A stretch of 64,000 nt of DNA from Mobula hypostoma. Its lineage: Eukaryota. The DNA is taken from assembly GCF_963921235.1 (NCBI RefSeq), contig NC_086108.1, positions 15,190,001 through 15,254,000 of the forward strand. Direction: 5' to 3'. Of this stretch, positions 61,481 through 64,000 are shown one piece after another (within the stretch, counting starts at the first letter, position 1; each line of letters starts with the position of its first letter). Made by a program: the position numbers and the translations under genes. The notes under the pieces are model-generated. The model saw only the letters and a program-made list of their open reading frames with translations. It was not told where the DNA came from and made no database searches.

Positions 61481-62417
61481 AGCAGACTTTGTGCTAGCCT
61501 TGATTTGAGAGATGAGATTGGAAGTAAACAAACATAATTATATCCAAGAGCATAGCTGAGGAGAGGCTTTTGAGGGGAATGAAGTGATGGCAGACTAAAG
61601 GTGAGTTTGGAGGAATGAAGATTTTGAATACAGGTTACAGGGGTGTCATTTCAATATGATGGAGGAGTAAACTAAATTAGAGGAAAAGGCAGATACATAT
61701 TTAGGAGATAACAATATTTTGAATAGCAAAGGAAAGATGGAATTGGGAAGATAAATTTGGAAGGTAGAAGACAAAGGTAACGAGGATTTTTAAAAAAAAT
61801 TAGAAACCTGCCAATGGTAAACATGGAAACTGTAAAAATGGTAAATAAGAATGAGTTACTAGAAATAACATTAAACCTGAGATGGAAAGCAGCTTGTATG
61901 ATTTATATTCTGTCCATTATCTGTACCTACGTGCTAGTGAAACTGCTGCAAGCAAACTTTTCTTTGTATCTGTACTTGTACTCACTATGATAAACTCAAG
62001 TTGAGGCTTGGTCAGTACTTAGTTGGAGGATGAAGTGAACAAGGAGTGGGTTTCATGGAAAAGTTGAGAAGAAGAAGCAAGACTGGTGCTAGGAAAGTCT
62101 TGAGGCAGAAACATGATTCCATAACCTTGTTGAGGAAGAGGAAAGTGGCAGATGCAGCTTCTATGAGTGCTCTTGGGTTCCCCAGTCCCTTGACACAGTC
62201 TGTCCATCAGCTCTTTCCTTTTATTGTTTGGTCATTTGGAAAACTATGGGACTTGGTGACCAACAGCATGAAAATCCTGCAAATAGTGCAGAGATACTCA
62301 CTGGGTGGAATATGCCATGATATGCCTCATTTGTGCTTGCTTAAAAGGAGCCATTCTTCTTTAGTAACCACTACACTGCTTCTTCCCTGCAGGAGTGTGT
62401 GAGCTGTACTGGGAGCC

Positions 62418-63286
62418 ATGGAAAAGGAGGGCAGCATCCAGCTGGAGGTCCCAGATTTCAGCAGCTCCGTGCTGGCACAGCTCAATCAGTTGCGGATGCA
62501 GGGTCGCCTCTGTGACATCGTAGTTGACATCCAGGGGAAGTCCTTCCGTGCCCACAAGGCCGTGCTGGCTGCTAGTTCGCCCTACTTCCGTGATCACATG
62601 TCCCTGGGTGAGATGAGTGCTGTTTCCATCTCGGTTATCAAAAGCCCGGCAGTGTTTGAGCGCCTGCTGGCATTCTGCTACACAGGCAAATTATGCCTGC
62701 AGGTGGCCGACATTATAAGCTACCTAACAGCAGCTAGCTTCCTCCAGATGCAGTACATCATCGACAAGTGCACGCAGATCCTGGACGGCATCCACTTCCG
62801 CATTGACATCTCCGAGGTGGAGGCAGGGCTGAGCCAGGATGGATCAAAACGCTTGGGCCAGCCTCGTGGTGGGGGCAGTGTTCTCCCCCCAAACCCACGG
62901 CGAAGGCGGATACCCTCAAACTACGCAGGGGGTGCAACGCATGGGAGCCCATTGCCTGATGACTTGGGTGGTGAGGGTGGCAATGACGAGAGGCTGGTGC
63001 GCATTGATCGAGTGGGCCAATGGTATGTGGAGACTGGTGTCAGCAGAGATCGCAGCCCAGAAACAATCAGGCAGATCAGCAGCATGCGGATCAAGACCGA
63101 GACTCCAGATGAGTGGATTGTGTCGGAAAACCAGCCATCTGGGGAGGATGGCAGTAGTGCAGAGGAGGTGACAGCCATGGTGATTGACAGCACTGGACAC
63201 AGCACTCTGGTCCAGGATACCTTTCACACCACGGCATCGAGCGGCAAGACCTCCAGACCCTCCAGCAGCTTCAGTGAGATGGACAG
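62418..63286 (+). CDS. ZBTB37: Zinc finger and BTB domain-containing protein 37, first coding exon (BTB/POZ domain plus linker); gene continues beyond the window
   Basis: Acceptor cttccctgcAG at 62391-62392, Kozak gccATGG at 62418. Reads MEKEGSIQLEVPDFSSSVLAQLNQLRMQGRLCDIVV...AASSPYFRDHMSL...GQWYVETGV...ENQPSGEDGSSAEEVTAMVID; donor AG|GTATGG at 63286/63287 (phase 2). Adjacent to SERPINC1 as in other vertebrates. Confidence 0.93.
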
Positions 63287-63529
63287 GTATGGAAGGCAGG
63301 TCACTCCATGGCCGTTGTATACAGCTTTACTCTGCTAATATTCGGGCAGAGGGTGGGGTCCCAAAGGCAGCAAAGTATGTACTGTGGGTGGGATCGTGCA
63401 GGATGGACGTGCCTGGTGTGGTCAAAGTAGCAATGTGTAGGATGGGGCTTTGAGTTCATAATGTACACAGTTTACAACATGTATGCAATATTTGACACCA
63501 TGGAAGATGAAGGAGTGGTCCAAATAGTG

Positions 63530-64000
63530 TCAGAGAGAAGTACATCACAGAAACGGGCCCTTTGGCCCATTTAATCCATGCCAAAACCATTTAAATTGCC
63601 TACTCCCGTCGATCTGCACTGGGACCATAGCCCTCCATATCCCTACTATCCATCTACTTCTCTTAAACATTGAAATTGAGTTTGCATGGACCACTTGTGC
63701 TGGCAGCTCATTCTAAGCCATAACTATAGATTGTAGTCCCACTCAACATCTGTGGAAAAAGCCTGCTTGCATTGACCCTATCTATATCCCTTATAATTTT
63801 GTATACCTCTATTAAACCTTCTCTCAATTTTCTACATTCTAAGGAATACAGTCCTAACCTACTCAATCTTTCCTTATAATTTGGGTCCTCTAGACCTGGC
63901 AACATCGTTCTAAATTTTCTCTGTACTCTTTCCACCTTATTTACATCTTTCCTGTAGGTAGGAGGCCAAAACTGTACACAATACTCCAAATTAGGCCTCA
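63530..64000 (-). mobile_element. CR1 LINE 3' fragment
   Basis: EYCVQFWPPTYRKDVNKVERVQRK..YKERLSRLGLYSLE. Confidence 0.85.

Noticed and set aside
63287..63338. C-terminal YGRQVTPWPLYTALLC of the 306-aa ORF as the true ZBTB37 end
   Set aside because: It lies after a good donor (AG|GTATGG), so it is intron read-through; the zinc-finger exons must be outside the window.

Overview
Eukaryotic, repeat-rich vertebrate genomic DNA. The CR1/Rex1/Penelope/Tc1 repeat mix and the satellites suggest a cartilaginous fish, probably a ray or skate (inference). Two host genes are recognisable, both on the + strand. The first is a complete antithrombin gene (SERPINC1), with six coding exons between 14294 and 30640 that splice to 464 codons plus stop, and a probable non-coding exon 1 with a liver-type promoter near 11.8-12.0 kb. 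The second is the 5' part of ZBTB37, with a CpG-island promoter at ~52.0-52.8 kb and the BTB-domain exon at 62393-63286. The first ~2.2 kb looks like the 3' UTR/polyA end of an upstream + strand gene, by synteny possibly RC3H1. The rest is mostly nested, decayed mobile DNA: a sushi-type Gypsy/chromovirus provirus, a Tc1, hAT-type elements, CR1, Rex1, RTE, I/Nimb and Penelope elements, and a HERO-type RLE retrotransposon fragment. Four observations stand out. (1) The HERO 3' UTR holds a complete hammerhead-ribozyme core in a non-circularly permuted, pseudoknotted order (58390-58456). (2) The antithrombin keeps the heparin-binding site but lacks essentially all residues of the human factor Xa/IXa exosite. 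(3) Inverted 33-bp minisatellite arrays bracket the first coding exon of SERPINC1. (4) ZBTB37 lies in tandem with SERPINC1 rather than convergent, with no visible GAS5 snoRNA cluster. All comparisons to human proteins and repeat families were made by eye from memory, not by database search.
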